From positions 1 through 64,000 of the IMG/VR virus record IMGVR_UViG_3300031957_001651: DNA of 64,000 nucleotides, one strand, 5' to 3'. The translations under genes and the position numbers were made by a program. The notes beneath the pieces were generated by a model, which was not told where the DNA came from, made no database searches, and saw only the letters and a program-made list of their open reading frames with translations. This DNA is from a virus. Of this stretch, positions 1 to 10,381 are shown in pieces; the first letter of the stretch is position 1, and each line of letters begins with the position of its first letter.

Positions 1-1
1 C

Positions 2-955
2 TACAAATTAAAAGGTGGTAAGGATTATGGAAGTGGTTCTAACAGAATGCAAGCATCTCTTGGAGATCTTGTTACTTCATACAGACTCTTCAAAAATGAA
101 GAAGAATTCCCAATTGATTATCTAATCATGGGACCTGGAATGACCAATAAGTATGAGTCACAAGCAAAAGCACAGGAACTTATCGCAATTGCTGAAGGTA
201 GAAAAGATTGTGTTGCTGTAATTTCACCTCATCGTTCTGATGTTGTTGACATTGCTAATGCAGAAACTCAGACAACCAATGTTCTTGAGTTCTATTCACC
301 ACTTGCATCCTCTTCTTATGCAATCTTTGATACTGGATACAAGTACACTTATGATAGATTCAATAACAGATTCCGTTACGTTCCAACCAATGCTGACGTT
401 GCTGGTCTTTGTGTAAGAACTTCTATCGAAGCATATCCTTGGTTCTCACCTGCTGGACAGCAAAGAGGTGTTATCAACAATGCAGTTAAACTTGCATACA
501 ATCCAACCAAGGCACAGAGAGATCGTCTCTATCCTAAGAGAATCAACTCAATCGTTAATTCTCCAGGAACAGGTATCATCCTCTTTGGTGATAAGACCGC
601 ACTAGGTTACAACTCAGCATTCGACAGAATTAACGTTCGTCGTCTATTCCTTACAGTTGAGCAAGCACTCAAGAGTGCTGGTGATGCACAACTCTTTGAA
701 CTCAACGATGAGATTACAAGAGCAAACTTTGTTAATATCGTAGAGCCTTACCTCCGCGATGTTCAAGCAAAGAGAGGTCTCTATGGATTCCTAGTTGTTT
801 GTGATGAATCCAATAACACTCCCGATATCATTGACAGCAATGAATTCAGGGCTGACATTTTCCTCAAGCCTACAAAGTCAATCAACTACGTCACTCTAAC
901 ATTTGTTGCAACCCGCACAGGTGTTAGTTTTGAAGAAGTTGCTGGCAGAGTTTGA
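2..955 (+). CDS. gp18: Tail sheath protein gp18, C-terminal part (5'-truncated by window)
   Basis: Frame open from nt 2; PWFSPAG, FDRINVRRLF and FLKPTKSINYVTLTFVA motifs; precedes tail tube. Confidence 0.97.
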   Translation, partial: YKLKGGKDYGSGSNRMQASLGDLVTSYRLFKNEEEFPIDYLIMGPGMTNKYESQAKAQELIAIAEGRKDCVAVISPHRSDVVDIANAETQTTNVLEFYSPLASSSYAIFDTGYKYTYDRFNNRFRYVPTNADVAGLCVRTSIEAYPWFSPAGQQRGVINNAVKLAYNPTKAQRDRLYPKRINSIVNSPGTGIILFGDKTALGYNSAFDRINVRRLFLTVEQALKSAGDAQLFELNDEITRANFVNIVEPYLRDVQAKRGLYGFLVVCDESNNTPDIIDSNEFRADIFLKPTKSINYVTLTFVATRTGVSFEEVAGRV

Positions 956-996
956 TATTCATTTTTTATAAATTTAATTAGGGAGACTAAACTAAA

Positions 997-1647
997 ATGG
1001 CAAACAACAAACCCTCACTTAAGAATCTATCATCATTCAAGACAAGACTTGCTGGTGGTGGTGCAAGACCAAATATTTTTGAGGTTCAATTAGATCAGTT
1101 TCCTGCAGAGGTTCAATCTCTGTGGGGATCTGAGGAGCAAGTTGATTTCAGATTCTTCTGCAAAACAGCTCAACTTCCAGCATCTAACATTGCAGCAATC
1201 GAGATTCCTTTCAGAGGTAGAACATTGAAGGTTGCGGGAGACCGCACCTTTGATACCTGGACTGTTACTGTTATCAATGACGAAGACTTTAAGATCAGAC
1301 ATGCTTTCGAGGCATGGATGAATCTACTCTCCAAACTCGATAACGCAACGGGTGCAGTTAACCCAACCTCATATATGAGGAACGCAACTGTTCATCAACT
1401 TGGTAGATCTGACAAACTTGAAGGAACGAAAGTTCGTAACAATGTTACCAGTGCTGGTCCTGGTGGTGGTTCTTCTGGAAGTGGTGACACCACTGTTCTA
1501 AGAACTTACAATTTCATTGACATTTTCCCAACAAATGTTTCTGCAATTGATCTTTCTTATGATACCACTGATACCATTGAAGAATTCACCGTAGAATTCC
1601 AAGTTCAGTACTTTGAAATGGCAAATGGTCCTGGAACCCTCAAGTAA
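997..1647 (+). CDS. gp19: Tail tube protein gp19
   Basis: GGGARPNIFEV, FRGRTLKVAGDRTFDTWTVT, IEEFTVEFQVQY; synteny. Confidence 0.97.
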   Translation: MANNKPSLKNLSSFKTRLAGGGARPNIFEVQLDQFPAEVQSLWGSEEQVDFRFFCKTAQLPASNIAAIEIPFRGRTLKVAGDRTFDTWTVTVINDEDFKIRHAFEAWMNLLSKLDNATGAVNPTSYMRNATVHQLGRSDKLEGTKVRNNVTSAGPGGGSSGSGDTTVLRTYNFIDIFPTNVSAIDLSYDTTDTIEEFTVEFQVQYFEMANGPGTLK

Positions 1648-1682
1648 TATCTACTAAATAGGTAAAACTTAGCAATTAAATT

Positions 1683-3359
1683 ATGTCTAGACTTTTTGGA
1701 TTTTCAATTGAAGATTCAGAACCTAAGTCACCGTCAATCGTCTCCCCCGTGCCTCCAAACAATGAGGACGGGGTTGACCATTATTTAAGTACGGGATTTT
1801 TTGGATCTTACGTTGATATAGAAGGTGTATATCGAACAGAGTTTGATTTGCTCAGAAGATATAGAGAGATGTCTCTACATCCTGAGGTAGACAGTGCTAT
1901 TGAAGATATTGTAAATGAAGCAATTGTTTCAGATTCTGATGATTCACCAGTAAAAATTGAGTTATCAAATCTCAATGCCAGTGATGGTATTAAAACTAAA
2001 ATTAGAGAAGAATTTAAGACTATTCTAGATTTATTGGATTTTGATAAGAAGTCTCACGAAATTTATAGAAATTGGTATATTGATGGAAGACTTTATTACC
2101 ATAAGGTAATTGATTTAAAAAAACCTCAGGAAGGTATCCAAGAATTACGTTATATTGACGCAATGAAAATGCGTTATGTTCGTAAGACTAAAAAGGATAA
2201 TAGTAATCCCAATGTTCTGGTTAGAAAGAACACTGAAGATCCAATGGATTATGTGTTTCCTGAGGTAGAAGAATACTTCATGTACACACCAAAACTTCAG
2301 TATCCAAACCAGGCAGCTGGTGGAATGAATGATTCTAAGGGTGTAAAAATTGCAAAAGATGCTATTTCATATTGTACTTCTGGTCTTGTAGATAGAAATA
2401 AGGGATCAACTCTTTCATATCTACACAAAGCAATTAAGTCACTCAATCAACTTAGAATGATTGAGGACTCTTTGGTAATCTATCGTTTGAGTAGAGCACC
2501 AGAACGTAGAATTTTCTACATTGATGTTGGTAATCTACCTAAGCAGAAAGCAGAACAGTATCTGCGTGATGTTATGAGTAGATATCGTAACAAACTCGTG
2601 TATGATTCTAGCACTGGTGAGATTCGTGATGATAAAAAGCATATGAGTATGCTTGAAGATTTCTGGTTGCCTCGTCGTGAAGGAGGTCGTGGTACTGAGA
2701 TCACAACTCTACCAGGTGGTCAAAATCTGGGTGAAATTACCGATATTGATTACTTTAAGAAGAAACTATATCAGTCACTAAACGTTCCACCATCAAGAAT
2801 GGATAGTGATAGTGGTTTTAATCTTGGTCGTTCTTCTGAAATTCTGAGAGACGAACTCAAGTTCACCAAGTTTGTTGGACGTTTGAGAAAAAGATTCTCA
2901 AATATGTTCAGTGATATGCTTAAGACACAACTACTCCTTAAGAATATTGTTACTCCCGAAGATTGGGAGATGATGAGTGAGCATATTCAATATGACTTCC
3001 TCTATGATAACCACTTCTCAGAACTCAAAGAAACTGAGTTAATGACTGAGAGACTTAATATGGTTGCAACTGCAGAACCATATGTTGGAAAGTATTTCTC
3101 ACAAGATTATCTAAGAAGAAAAATTCTTCGTCAAACTGATGAGGAAATTGTTGAGCAGGATAAACTCATCGATAAGGAAATTAAAACTGGCATTATTCCA
3201 GATCCAGCAACAATTGATCCACAAACAGGAATGCCATTTGCACCTGAAGGTGGTGGTGATTTGGGTAAACCAGTCATGGAACCCGATATGAATGCAGATG
3301 CTCAGGCAACTGCAGCACCAGAAATTGGTGCAAAAGATCTCAAAGATGGTGAGATCTAA
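1683..3359 (+). CDS. gp20: Portal vertex protein gp20
   Basis: YRLSRAPERRIFYIDVGNLP, EDFWLPRREGGRGTEITTLPGG. Confidence 0.98.
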   Translation: MSRLFGFSIEDSEPKSPSIVSPVPPNNEDGVDHYLSTGFFGSYVDIEGVYRTEFDLLRRYREMSLHPEVDSAIEDIVNEAIVSDSDDSPVKIELSNLNASDGIKTKIREEFKTILDLLDFDKKSHEIYRNWYIDGRLYYHKVIDLKKPQEGIQELRYIDAMKMRYVRKTKKDNSNPNVLVRKNTEDPMDYVFPEVEEYFMYTPKLQYPNQAAGGMNDSKGVKIAKDAISYCTSGLVDRNKGSTLSYLHKAIKSLNQLRMIEDSLVIYRLSRAPERRIFYIDVGNLPKQKAEQYLRDVMSRYRNKLVYDSSTGEIRDDKKHMSMLEDFWLPRREGGRGTEITTLPGGQNLGEITDIDYFKKKLYQSLNVPPSRMDSDSGFNLGRSSEILRDELKFTKFVGRLRKRFSNMFSDMLKTQLLLKNIVTPEDWEMMSEHIQYDFLYDNHFSELKETELMTERLNMVATAEPYVGKYFSQDYLRRKILRQTDEEIVEQDKLIDKEIKTGIIPDPATIDPQTGMPFAPEGGGDLGKPVMEPDMNADAQATAAPEIGAKDLKDGEI

Positions 3360-3388
3360 TAAATAAAAACGTTACTTAAATTAAAATC

Positions 3389-3550
3389 ATGGATGATCTA
3401 ATGGGTATGATTCTGCAAGATGAGTCACCAACAAATATTACTGACAAGATTAAAGATATGCTCTTTGCAAAAAGTGCAGAAAAAATTGATGCTTTGAAAC
3501 CATCTATTGGTAACGGTGTATTTGATGAGACTGAAGAAGAAGAAGTATAA
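3389..3550 (+). CDS. Small acidic prohead core protein (gp67-like position), 53 aa
   Basis: Read manually: MDDLMGMILQDESPTNITDKIKDMLFAKSAEKIDALKP...DETEEEEV; between gp20 and gp21, after ATAAATA. Confidence 0.7.
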   Translation: MDDLMGMILQDESPTNITDKIKDMLFAKSAEKIDALKPSIGNGVFDETEEEEV

Positions 3551-3553
3551 ATA
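3546..3553 (+). promoter_or_regulatory. T4-type late promoter TATAAATA
   Basis: Exact gp55 consensus upstream of 3577 ORF and gp21. Confidence 0.75.
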
Positions 3554-3576
3554 ACTTATAAAAGCACTTTTGTACT

Positions 3577-3846
3577 ATGGCTAGGACACTATTATTGGGT
3601 GCAGAGTCAGCATTACCAACCACAACTGGTACTGCTACGAGTTTTTCTCAGGCTTCTGCTGTACGTTTGGTTAATAATTCATCTACAGCATATAATGTGA
3701 CTGTTGTTGAAACCCAAAGTGGAAATGTTGTTGGTTCTATGACAATGCCTGGTAATTCCATAGAAACACTTGAAAAGCAGTATTCACATTGCGTGTATGC
3801 TGATAATGCTTCAGTGCTTGGTGCAAAAGTCGGATTTACTGCATAA
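3577..3846 (+). CDS. Hypothetical protein in head cluster
   Basis: 89-aa ORF between late promoter and gp21. Confidence 0.75.
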   Translation: MARTLLLGAESALPTTTGTATSFSQASAVRLVNNSSTAYNVTVVETQSGNVVGSMTMPGNSIETLEKQYSHCVYADNASVLGAKVGFTA

Positions 3847-3848
3847 CC

Positions 3849-4499
3849 ATGAAACTAATCAGAGAAGAAATCGAAAAGGTAGAGGTTATTACCGAAACAA
3901 AAAACGGTAAGAAAACTCTTTATATTCAAGGACCTTTTCTACAAACCGAACAACAAAACCGTAACGGCAGAGTATATCGTCTTAACGTAATGGAACGTGA
4001 GGTAAAGAGATATACTGATGAGCATATTTCAAAAGGTCGTGCTCTAGGTGAACTTGGTCATCCAGATGGTCCAACCATTAACCTTGATCGTGTTTCTCAC
4101 AAAATCGTTTCTCTTGAGCAAAAGGGAAATGACTTCATTGGTAAGGCACAAATCCTATCAACACCAATGGGTAAGATTGCTGAGTCTCTTCTTAAAGAAG
4201 GTGTATGTCTCGGTGTTTCTTCCAGAGGTATTGGTTCACTTCGTCCAACCAAAGAAGGTTACTCTGAAGTTGGTGAAGACTTTATGTTAGCAACTGCTGC
4301 TGATATTGTTGCTGATCCATCTGCACCTGATGCTTTTGTTCAGGGAATTATGGAAGGTAAAGAATGGGTTTGGGAAGGAGGAATCCTTCGTGAACAAATT
4401 GCTGCAAAAACTGCACGTAGAATCAATACGTTAGTAGATCAAAAAGCATTGGAAGAGCATAAGTTAAGTCTATTCAATGACTTTTTAAGTTCACTATAA
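3849..4499 (+). CDS. gp21: Prohead core protease gp21
   Basis: NRNGRVY, ALGELGHP, GVSSRGIGS, DIVADPSAPDAFV. Confidence 0.97.
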   Translation: MKLIREEIEKVEVITETKNGKKTLYIQGPFLQTEQQNRNGRVYRLNVMEREVKRYTDEHISKGRALGELGHPDGPTINLDRVSHKIVSLEQKGNDFIGKAQILSTPMGKIAESLLKEGVCLGVSSRGIGSLRPTKEGYSEVGEDFMLATAADIVADPSAPDAFVQGIMEGKEWVWEGGILREQIAAKTARRINTLVDQKALEEHKLSLFNDFLSSL

Positions 4500-4529
4500 G
4501 TAGTGGTACTTACATAAAATATTATAATT

Positions 4530-4537
4530 TATAAATA
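4530..4537 (+). promoter_or_regulatory. T4-type late promoter TATAAATA
   Basis: Exact consensus upstream of gp22/gp23. Confidence 0.8.
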
Positions 4538-4579
4538 AATATAGTTAATCTAATCTAAAAGATAAACGGAGAGTCTCAA

Positions 4580-5710
4580 ATGTCTAGTGACAACAATTTA
4601 CAGGAAATGGAAGTAGGCACAAAGCAATCCAGTACTGCTGTTAACTCTGGAGCTGCTAAAGCAGATCCAATGCCCACAATGGCAGATCCTGGAACTCAAC
4701 TTGCTTCTGTAGAAGATCTCGGTGGTCCTACTCCCGAGAATTATAAGTCTGACGACGATTCAGCAAAACTCAAAGAACCAGGTGCAACACTCAAGCAAGT
4801 TAGAGATGTTGTTACTAAGTCTGCTGGTAAAGCAGATGCAATGCCTGCTGGCATGAAGGAAGAAGAGGAAATCACTGATGAAGTGGTTGCTGAAGAAGAA
4901 TCAACTGAAGAAGAAGTAGTATCTGAAACTACTGAAGAAGTAGTTTCTGAAGAAGAGTCAACCGAAGAAGTTGAGGTTGTTGCAGAATATAATATGGAAG
5001 AAGATGTAAATGCACTTCTTCAAGGTGAGGAACTCTCCGAAGAATTCCAAGAAAAAGCAAAAACCATCTTTGAAACAGCAATCAATTCAAAGGTTGCACA
5101 AATCAAAGAAGGTCTAGAAGCACAATACGAAGAAAAACTACTTGAAGAAGTAGCAGAAATTCAAGAGGGTCTAACCGCACGTGCAGACTCTTATCTAGAA
5201 TATGTTGCTGATGAGTGGATGTCCGAGAACGAACTCGCAATCGAACATGCACTTAAGGCAGAAATGACTGAATCCTTCCTCTCTGGAATGAAGGATCTTT
5301 TTGAAACTCATTATGTATCAATCCCTGAAGAAAAGTATAATGTAATTGATAGCATGGTAGAAAAACTTGATGAAATGGAGACTAAACTCAACGAGCAAAT
5401 TGAGAAGAATGTTTCCCTAAACTCCCGTCTCGCAGAGACTGTTGCTGAGGGTATTCTTGATCAAGTTTCTGGTGGTCTTGCCGAGACACAGAAGGAAAAG
5501 CTCGCTTCACTTGCTGAAAGTGTTGAGTTTGAAAGTGAAGAAAAATATCGTGAAAAATTGGAAATGCTCAGAGAATCTTATTTCTCCACTAAAGCAACTC
5601 CAAAGGCAAAAACTGAGACACTATCCGAAGGTTCTGATGCTGCTCCAGAAGTAGTTTCTGGATCTATGGCAGCATACCTGAAGACACTCTCTTCATTTGC
5701 TAAAAACTGA
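4580..5710 (+). CDS. gp22: Prohead scaffold protein gp22
   Basis: Acidic coiled coil, YLEYVADEWM motif, between gp21 and gp23. Confidence 0.95.
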   Translation: MSSDNNLQEMEVGTKQSSTAVNSGAAKADPMPTMADPGTQLASVEDLGGPTPENYKSDDDSAKLKEPGATLKQVRDVVTKSAGKADAMPAGMKEEEEITDEVVAEEESTEEEVVSETTEEVVSEEESTEEVEVVAEYNMEEDVNALLQGEELSEEFQEKAKTIFETAINSKVAQIKEGLEAQYEEKLLEEVAEIQEGLTARADSYLEYVADEWMSENELAIEHALKAEMTESFLSGMKDLFETHYVSIPEEKYNVIDSMVEKLDEMETKLNEQIEKNVSLNSRLAETVAEGILDQVSGGLAETQKEKLASLAESVEFESEEKYREKLEMLRESYFSTKATPKAKTETLSEGSDAAPEVVSGSMAAYLKTLSSFAKN

Positions 5711-5758
5711 TTTTAATATTAATCAAACAAAAACAAACACTTAATAGGTAAACCTCAA

Positions 5759-7156
5759 ATGTTCAATTCCGAGCAATTGCAGGAGAAGTGGGCACCAGTT
5801 CTCGATCATCAGGGTCTTGATAATATTCAAGATTCCCATAAGAGAGCAGTGACCGCAGTCCTGCTAGAAAACCAAGAAAAATTCCTAAGAGAGCAAAACT
5901 CTTTTAACAACTCAGGTTCATTCCTCGCAGAAGCACCTACCAACGCAGTTGGTTCTGATGGATTCCAAGGTGGATCCGCAGCTGGTGGTCCTACCGCAGG
6001 TTTCGACCCCGTTCTAATTTCACTAATTAGACGTTCAATGCCTAACTTGGTCGCATATGACCTCGCAGGTGTTCAACCAATGAGTGGTCCTACTGGACTC
6101 ATCTTCGCAATGCGTTCCCGCTACACCAACCAGAGCGGAACCGAAGCACTGTTCAACGAAGCAGATACTGCTTTCTCTGGACAAGATTCAGGATTCAACA
6201 ACACCGCAGGCATGTCTGGTGTTGCTTCTGGTATGGGTACTACCGCACAGTCTGGTAGCAATCCTTCCGTCCTCAACCCAACCGCATCTGCTGACGAACT
6301 AGCATATAACGTTGGTCAGGGCATGGCAACTGCTGATGCTGAGAATCTCGGCGTCTCTGATCAGTTCAATGAGATGGCATTCAGCATTGAGAAAGTTACT
6401 GTGACTGCAAAGTCCAGAGCACTCAAGGCAGAATACTCCCTAGAACTAGCACAAGACATTAAGGCAATTCACGGTCTTAATGCTGAGGCTGAACTCGCAA
6501 ACATTCTCTCTACTGAGATTCTTGCTGAGATCAACCGTGAAGTCATCAGAACCATCTATAAGGTTGCTGAGCAAGGTGCTACCGTCAACACCGCAACTGC
6601 TGGTGAGTTCGACCTCGATATCGACTCCAACGGTCGTTGGTCTGTTGAGAAGTTCAAGGGTCTACTTTTCCAAATCGAGCGTGATGCTAACGCAATCGCA
6701 CAAAGAACTCGTAGAGGAAAGGGCAACATCATCATGTGCTCCGCAGACGTTGCTTCTGCTCTAGCCATGGCTGGTGTACTCGATTACACTCCTGCACTTA
6801 ATGCAAACCTTAACGTCGATGATACTGGCAACACCTTTGCTGGTACTCTACTCGGTAAGTTCCGTGTATACATCGACCCCTATTCTGCAAACAGTGCTGC
6901 TAATCAGTACTATGTTGCTGGTTATAAGGGTTCTTCACCTTATGACGCAGGTCTCTTCTACTGCCCATATGTACCTCTCCAGATGGTACGTGCAGTTGGT
7001 GAGAACACCTTCCAGCCTAAGATCGGCTTCAAGACCCGTTATGGTCTAGTTGCTAACCCATTCGCAGAAGGTGATGCTTCTAACCAAGGTCTTGGTGCCC
7101 TAACCACCAACTCTAACCGTTACTACAGACGTGTAACTGTTAAGAACCTAATGTGA
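5759..7156 (+). CDS. gp23: Major capsid protein gp23
   Basis: GVQPMSGPTGLIFAMR, KSRALKAEYSLELAQD, FQPKIGFKTRYG. Confidence 0.99.
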   Translation: MFNSEQLQEKWAPVLDHQGLDNIQDSHKRAVTAVLLENQEKFLREQNSFNNSGSFLAEAPTNAVGSDGFQGGSAAGGPTAGFDPVLISLIRRSMPNLVAYDLAGVQPMSGPTGLIFAMRSRYTNQSGTEALFNEADTAFSGQDSGFNNTAGMSGVASGMGTTAQSGSNPSVLNPTASADELAYNVGQGMATADAENLGVSDQFNEMAFSIEKVTVTAKSRALKAEYSLELAQDIKAIHGLNAEAELANILSTEILAEINREVIRTIYKVAEQGATVNTATAGEFDLDIDSNGRWSVEKFKGLLFQIERDANAIAQRTRRGKGNIIMCSADVASALAMAGVLDYTPALNANLNVDDTGNTFAGTLLGKFRVYIDPYSANSAANQYYVAGYKGSSPYDAGLFYCPYVPLQMVRAVGENTFQPKIGFKTRYGLVANPFAEGDASNQGLGALTTNSNRYYRRVTVKNLM

Positions 7157-7178
7157 TCCAAGTTTCACATAGTTGATC

Positions 7179-7206
7179 AAGAGGACCCACTGGGTCCTCT
7201 TTTTTT
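7179..7206 (+). terminator. Intrinsic terminator after gp23
   Basis: AAGAGGACCC-ACT-GGGTCCTCTT followed by T run. Confidence 0.9.
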
Positions 7207-7236
7207 ATGCATACATAATAGAGCAGAAAAAGGATC

Positions 7237-7407
7237 ATGCTAAAGACACCAAGAGACATTGTAAATGACAGACTTTCATGGTCTAGTGATGTGGCAATAA
7301 AAAATCACTGTGTATATGTTTTGGAAGAATATTTAAAAGAAGAACCAGAACTAACATCTGAGCAATTAAAAAAAGCACTTGGAGAATACCTAATGGGATT
7401 GGAGTGA
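7237..7407 (+). CDS. Small hypothetical protein (56 aa)
   Basis: Manual read MLKTPRDIVNDRLSW...GEYLMGLE; purine-rich RBS upstream. Confidence 0.55.
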   Translation: MLKTPRDIVNDRLSWSSDVAIKNHCVYVLEEYLKEEPELTSEQLKKALGEYLMGLE

Positions 7408-7437
7408 TAAATAGAATATCCAAGGATTTCTATCGTT

Positions 7438-8007
7438 GTGTCTGTATCATCATCAGCATTTAAAAGACAGATTGCGAACAGGAATTTTCTTGCTCCAACT
7501 GGTTTTAAATTTTCAATAGCAAGAGCACCTAAACTCTCATACTTTGCAAATTCAGCAAATGTTCCTGGTATAAGTTTAGGAGTTGCCGAGCAAGGATCAT
7601 ATTTAAAAATGATTCCCGTTCCTGGTGACATGATGGATTTTGAGGATCTTTCTATTAGATTCTTGGTTGATGAAGATCTAGGAAATTATCTAGAAATTCA
7701 AAATTGGATGAGAGGTCTAGGATTTCCAGAATCTTTAAGTGAAATATATGACCTACAAAATGAAGATAATTTACTAGGGAAACCATTTACATATAATCAA
7801 CAGAATCATTATTCTGATGGAACCCTACAAATTTTAACTAATACTGAAAACTTACAATATAACGTTGTATTTAAGGATATGTTCCCAACGTCACTTTCCC
7901 AGATGGAATTTGATGCTACAGATACAGACATTCAATATTTTGCAGCAACAGTAACTTTTAAGTATAGTATATACATTATTAACGACATATTTAACGCTAG
8001 AGTATGA
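7438..8007 (+). CDS. gp3: Tail completion/sheath stabiliser gp3
   Basis: NRNFLAPTGFKF, FLVDEDLGNYLEIQNWMRGLG, FPTSLS; synteny. Confidence 0.88.
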   Translation: MSVSSSAFKRQIANRNFLAPTGFKFSIARAPKLSYFANSANVPGISLGVAEQGSYLKMIPVPGDMMDFEDLSIRFLVDEDLGNYLEIQNWMRGLGFPESLSEIYDLQNEDNLLGKPFTYNQQNHYSDGTLQILTNTENLQYNVVFKDMFPTSLSQMEFDATDTDIQYFAATVTFKYSIYIINDIFNARV

Positions 8008-8441
8008 CATTTGACATTGCTATGATTAAATCGATGTGGGAAAAAGATTCTCAAATCGATATTGATAACCTTCATGAAGAATCACTAAAGATTCCAGTTC
8101 TACATTCAAAATACTACGATATCTTCAACAATCTAGTATTACTAAAAGCAAAAGCAGAGCAACAAAGAAAAAACGTAAGGCACGAAAGATATGAATATTA
8201 TTCTGGAAAGGCAGATCCAGATGCATATGTAAAGGATCCTTTTCCCAAAAAAGTAAGAGATAAAGATGCTATGAACAAGTATCTTGATGCAGACGAAAAA
8301 CTTTCTACTGTCAGCATGAAGATTGAATATTACGATGTAATGATTAATTATGTTGATAGTATCCTAAAACAATTATCTAACCGAACATACCAAATAAAAA
8401 ACTCAATTGAATTTTTAAAATTCCAAGCTGGATATGGCTAA
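8004..8441 (+). CDS. uvsY: Recombination mediator UvsY
   Basis: ESLKIPVLHSKY, RTYQIKNSIEFLKFQAG; precedes uvsW. Confidence 0.92.
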   Translation: MTFDIAMIKSMWEKDSQIDIDNLHEESLKIPVLHSKYYDIFNNLVLLKAKAEQQRKNVRHERYEYYSGKADPDAYVKDPFPKKVRDKDAMNKYLDADEKLSTVSMKIEYYDVMINYVDSILKQLSNRTYQIKNSIEFLKFQAGYG

Positions 8442-9897
8442 TCTAACTATTGAAAAATGTAATGAAGTATACATCAAAATTACTACCGAACCACATATAG
8501 AATACGAATTACGAGATCATTTTAAATTTGAAGTTCCTGGGGCAAAGTTTATGCCTCAATATCGTAAGAGAAATTGGAACGGTGAGATACACTTATTTGA
8601 CATGAGGACAAAGAGACTTTACATAGGTCTTTTACATAGACTTGTCGAATTCTGTAGCAATTACAATTACACGTATGAGTTTGTAACAAACAAGTACTAT
8701 GGAAAACCTTTTGAGGTTAATAAGGAAATTAGTTTAGAAGGAGTTAAGGATTATCTTGCTTCGATAACTGCTTTAACCCCAAGAAATTATCAGATTGAAG
8801 CAGTTCATGATGCATTAAAATATAACAGAAAGATTCTGTTAAGTCCCACTGCGTCAGGAAAAAGTCTGATGATTTACGCTGTCGTGAGATATCATGTGGA
8901 TAAGAATCGAAAAATTCTTGTAGTCGTTCCAACGACCAGTCTAGTAGATCAATTAGTCTCTGACTTTCGGGATTATGGGTGGGATTCTGATTCATATTGT
9001 CACAAAATATATGCAGGGTGTGAAAAACAAACGGATCTTCCAGTAACTGTTACTACATGGCAATCTATATATAAACTTGAACGTAATTATTTTGAAGATT
9101 TTGATGTTGTCATTGGTGATGAGGCACACTTATTTAAAAGTAAGTCTCTTATTACAATTATGACTCATCTTCATCATACTAAGTATAGGTATGGTTTTAC
9201 AGGAACACTTGATGGAACTCAAACTCATAAGTGGGTTCTGGAAGGATTGTTTGGTCCTTGTTATAGAGTAACACGTACATCAGAGTTGATGGAAAAAGGA
9301 CATGTATCGGATCTAGAGATTAGATGTCTTATCTTGAAGCATACTCCAAAAAAGTTTGATACTTATGAAGATGAGATACAATATCTAATAGGTAATGAGA
9401 AGAGAAATAAATTTATATTAAACCTTGCAAAAGGATTGGAAGGTAATACTTTGATTCTTTATAGTCGGGTTGCCACACATGGTGAACCTCTTTTTGAAAA
9501 GATAAATAGTTCAGTAAGTGAAGGACGAAAAGTATTTTTTGTCCATGGTGGAGTTGACTCTGAAGAAAGAGAAGAAGTTCGACGAATAACTGAGGATGAA
9601 AGTAATGCGATTATCGTAGCATCATATGGAACTTTCTCAACGGGAATTAACATTAGAAATCTTCATAATGTTATTTTTGCTAGTCCGTCTAAATCAAGAA
9701 TCCGTAATTTACAATCGATCGGAAGAGTTTTAAGGAAAGGTAAAAATAAAACCAAAGCAACTCTATATGATATAGCAGACGACTGCACAATTAGAAGTTT
9801 AAAGAACTATACTCTAAATCACTTAATCGAAAGAATTAAAATCTATAATCAAGAAAATTTTAATTATGACATTATAAACATCGATTTAAAAGATTAA
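8434..9897 (+). CDS. uvsW: SF2 helicase UvsW
   Basis: SPTASGKS, DEAH, TGT, QSIGRVLR. Confidence 0.97.
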   Translation: MANLTIEKCNEVYIKITTEPHIEYELRDHFKFEVPGAKFMPQYRKRNWNGEIHLFDMRTKRLYIGLLHRLVEFCSNYNYTYEFVTNKYYGKPFEVNKEISLEGVKDYLASITALTPRNYQIEAVHDALKYNRKILLSPTASGKSLMIYAVVRYHVDKNRKILVVVPTTSLVDQLVSDFRDYGWDSDSYCHKIYAGCEKQTDLPVTVTTWQSIYKLERNYFEDFDVVIGDEAHLFKSKSLITIMTHLHHTKYRYGFTGTLDGTQTHKWVLEGLFGPCYRVTRTSELMEKGHVSDLEIRCLILKHTPKKFDTYEDEIQYLIGNEKRNKFILNLAKGLEGNTLILYSRVATHGEPLFEKINSSVSEGRKVFFVHGGVDSEEREEVRRITEDESNAIIVASYGTFSTGINIRNLHNVIFASPSKSRIRNLQSIGRVLRKGKNKTKATLYDIADDCTIRSLKNYTLNHLIERIKIYNQENFNYDIINIDLKD

Positions 9898-10277
9898 TGG
9901 AAGAAGAATTTTATGCAACGATAAAACTAAAAAATACTGAGGAGATATTTTCTAAGGTATCACCTTCTGACGAAGGTGATAAAATATTTCTCATGTTATT
10001 AGATCCAGTTACAATTGATGAAATTATAATTAGAGGTCAAGCATGTTATAAAATAGATCCTTGGTTAAAAACATCATCATCAGATATGATTCTGATCAAT
10101 ATGGAAGATGTCTTAACAATTGTAGAATGTAATGATCATCATACAATTAAAATGTATAAGTCATTTTGTAGAAAATCAAAAGATGATCATCAAAAACATA
10201 ATTTAAGCAGGAAAATGGGATATCTATCATCCGTAGATGATACCCGAAAGTACTTGGAGAAGTTATTCAAGAGTTAG
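9897..10277 (+). CDS. Hypothetical protein between uvsW and gp55
   Basis: 126-aa ORF translationally coupled to uvsW. Confidence 0.8.
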   Translation: MEEEFYATIKLKNTEEIFSKVSPSDEGDKIFLMLLDPVTIDEIIIRGQACYKIDPWLKTSSSDMILINMEDVLTIVECNDHHTIKMYKSFCRKSKDDHQKHNLSRKMGYLSSVDDTRKYLEKLFKS

Positions 10278-10321
10278 CTTAAGCGTTCCTATCAACCTCA
10301 ACAGAGATATTCTACACATGG

Positions 10322-10350
10322 TTTACACATTTGTCAAGCTATGGTAGAAT
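10322..10350 (+). promoter_or_regulatory. Sigma70-type promoter for gp55-gp47-gp46
   Basis: TTTACA-17nt-TAGAAT with TG extension. Confidence 0.6.
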
Positions 10351-10381
10351 GAGTACATACTGAACTACTGGTAATAATGAA

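Noticed and set aside
4860-4980. GAAGAA-rich repeats in gp22
   Set aside because: Coding low complexity (poly-Glu linker), not a CRISPR or DNA repeat array.
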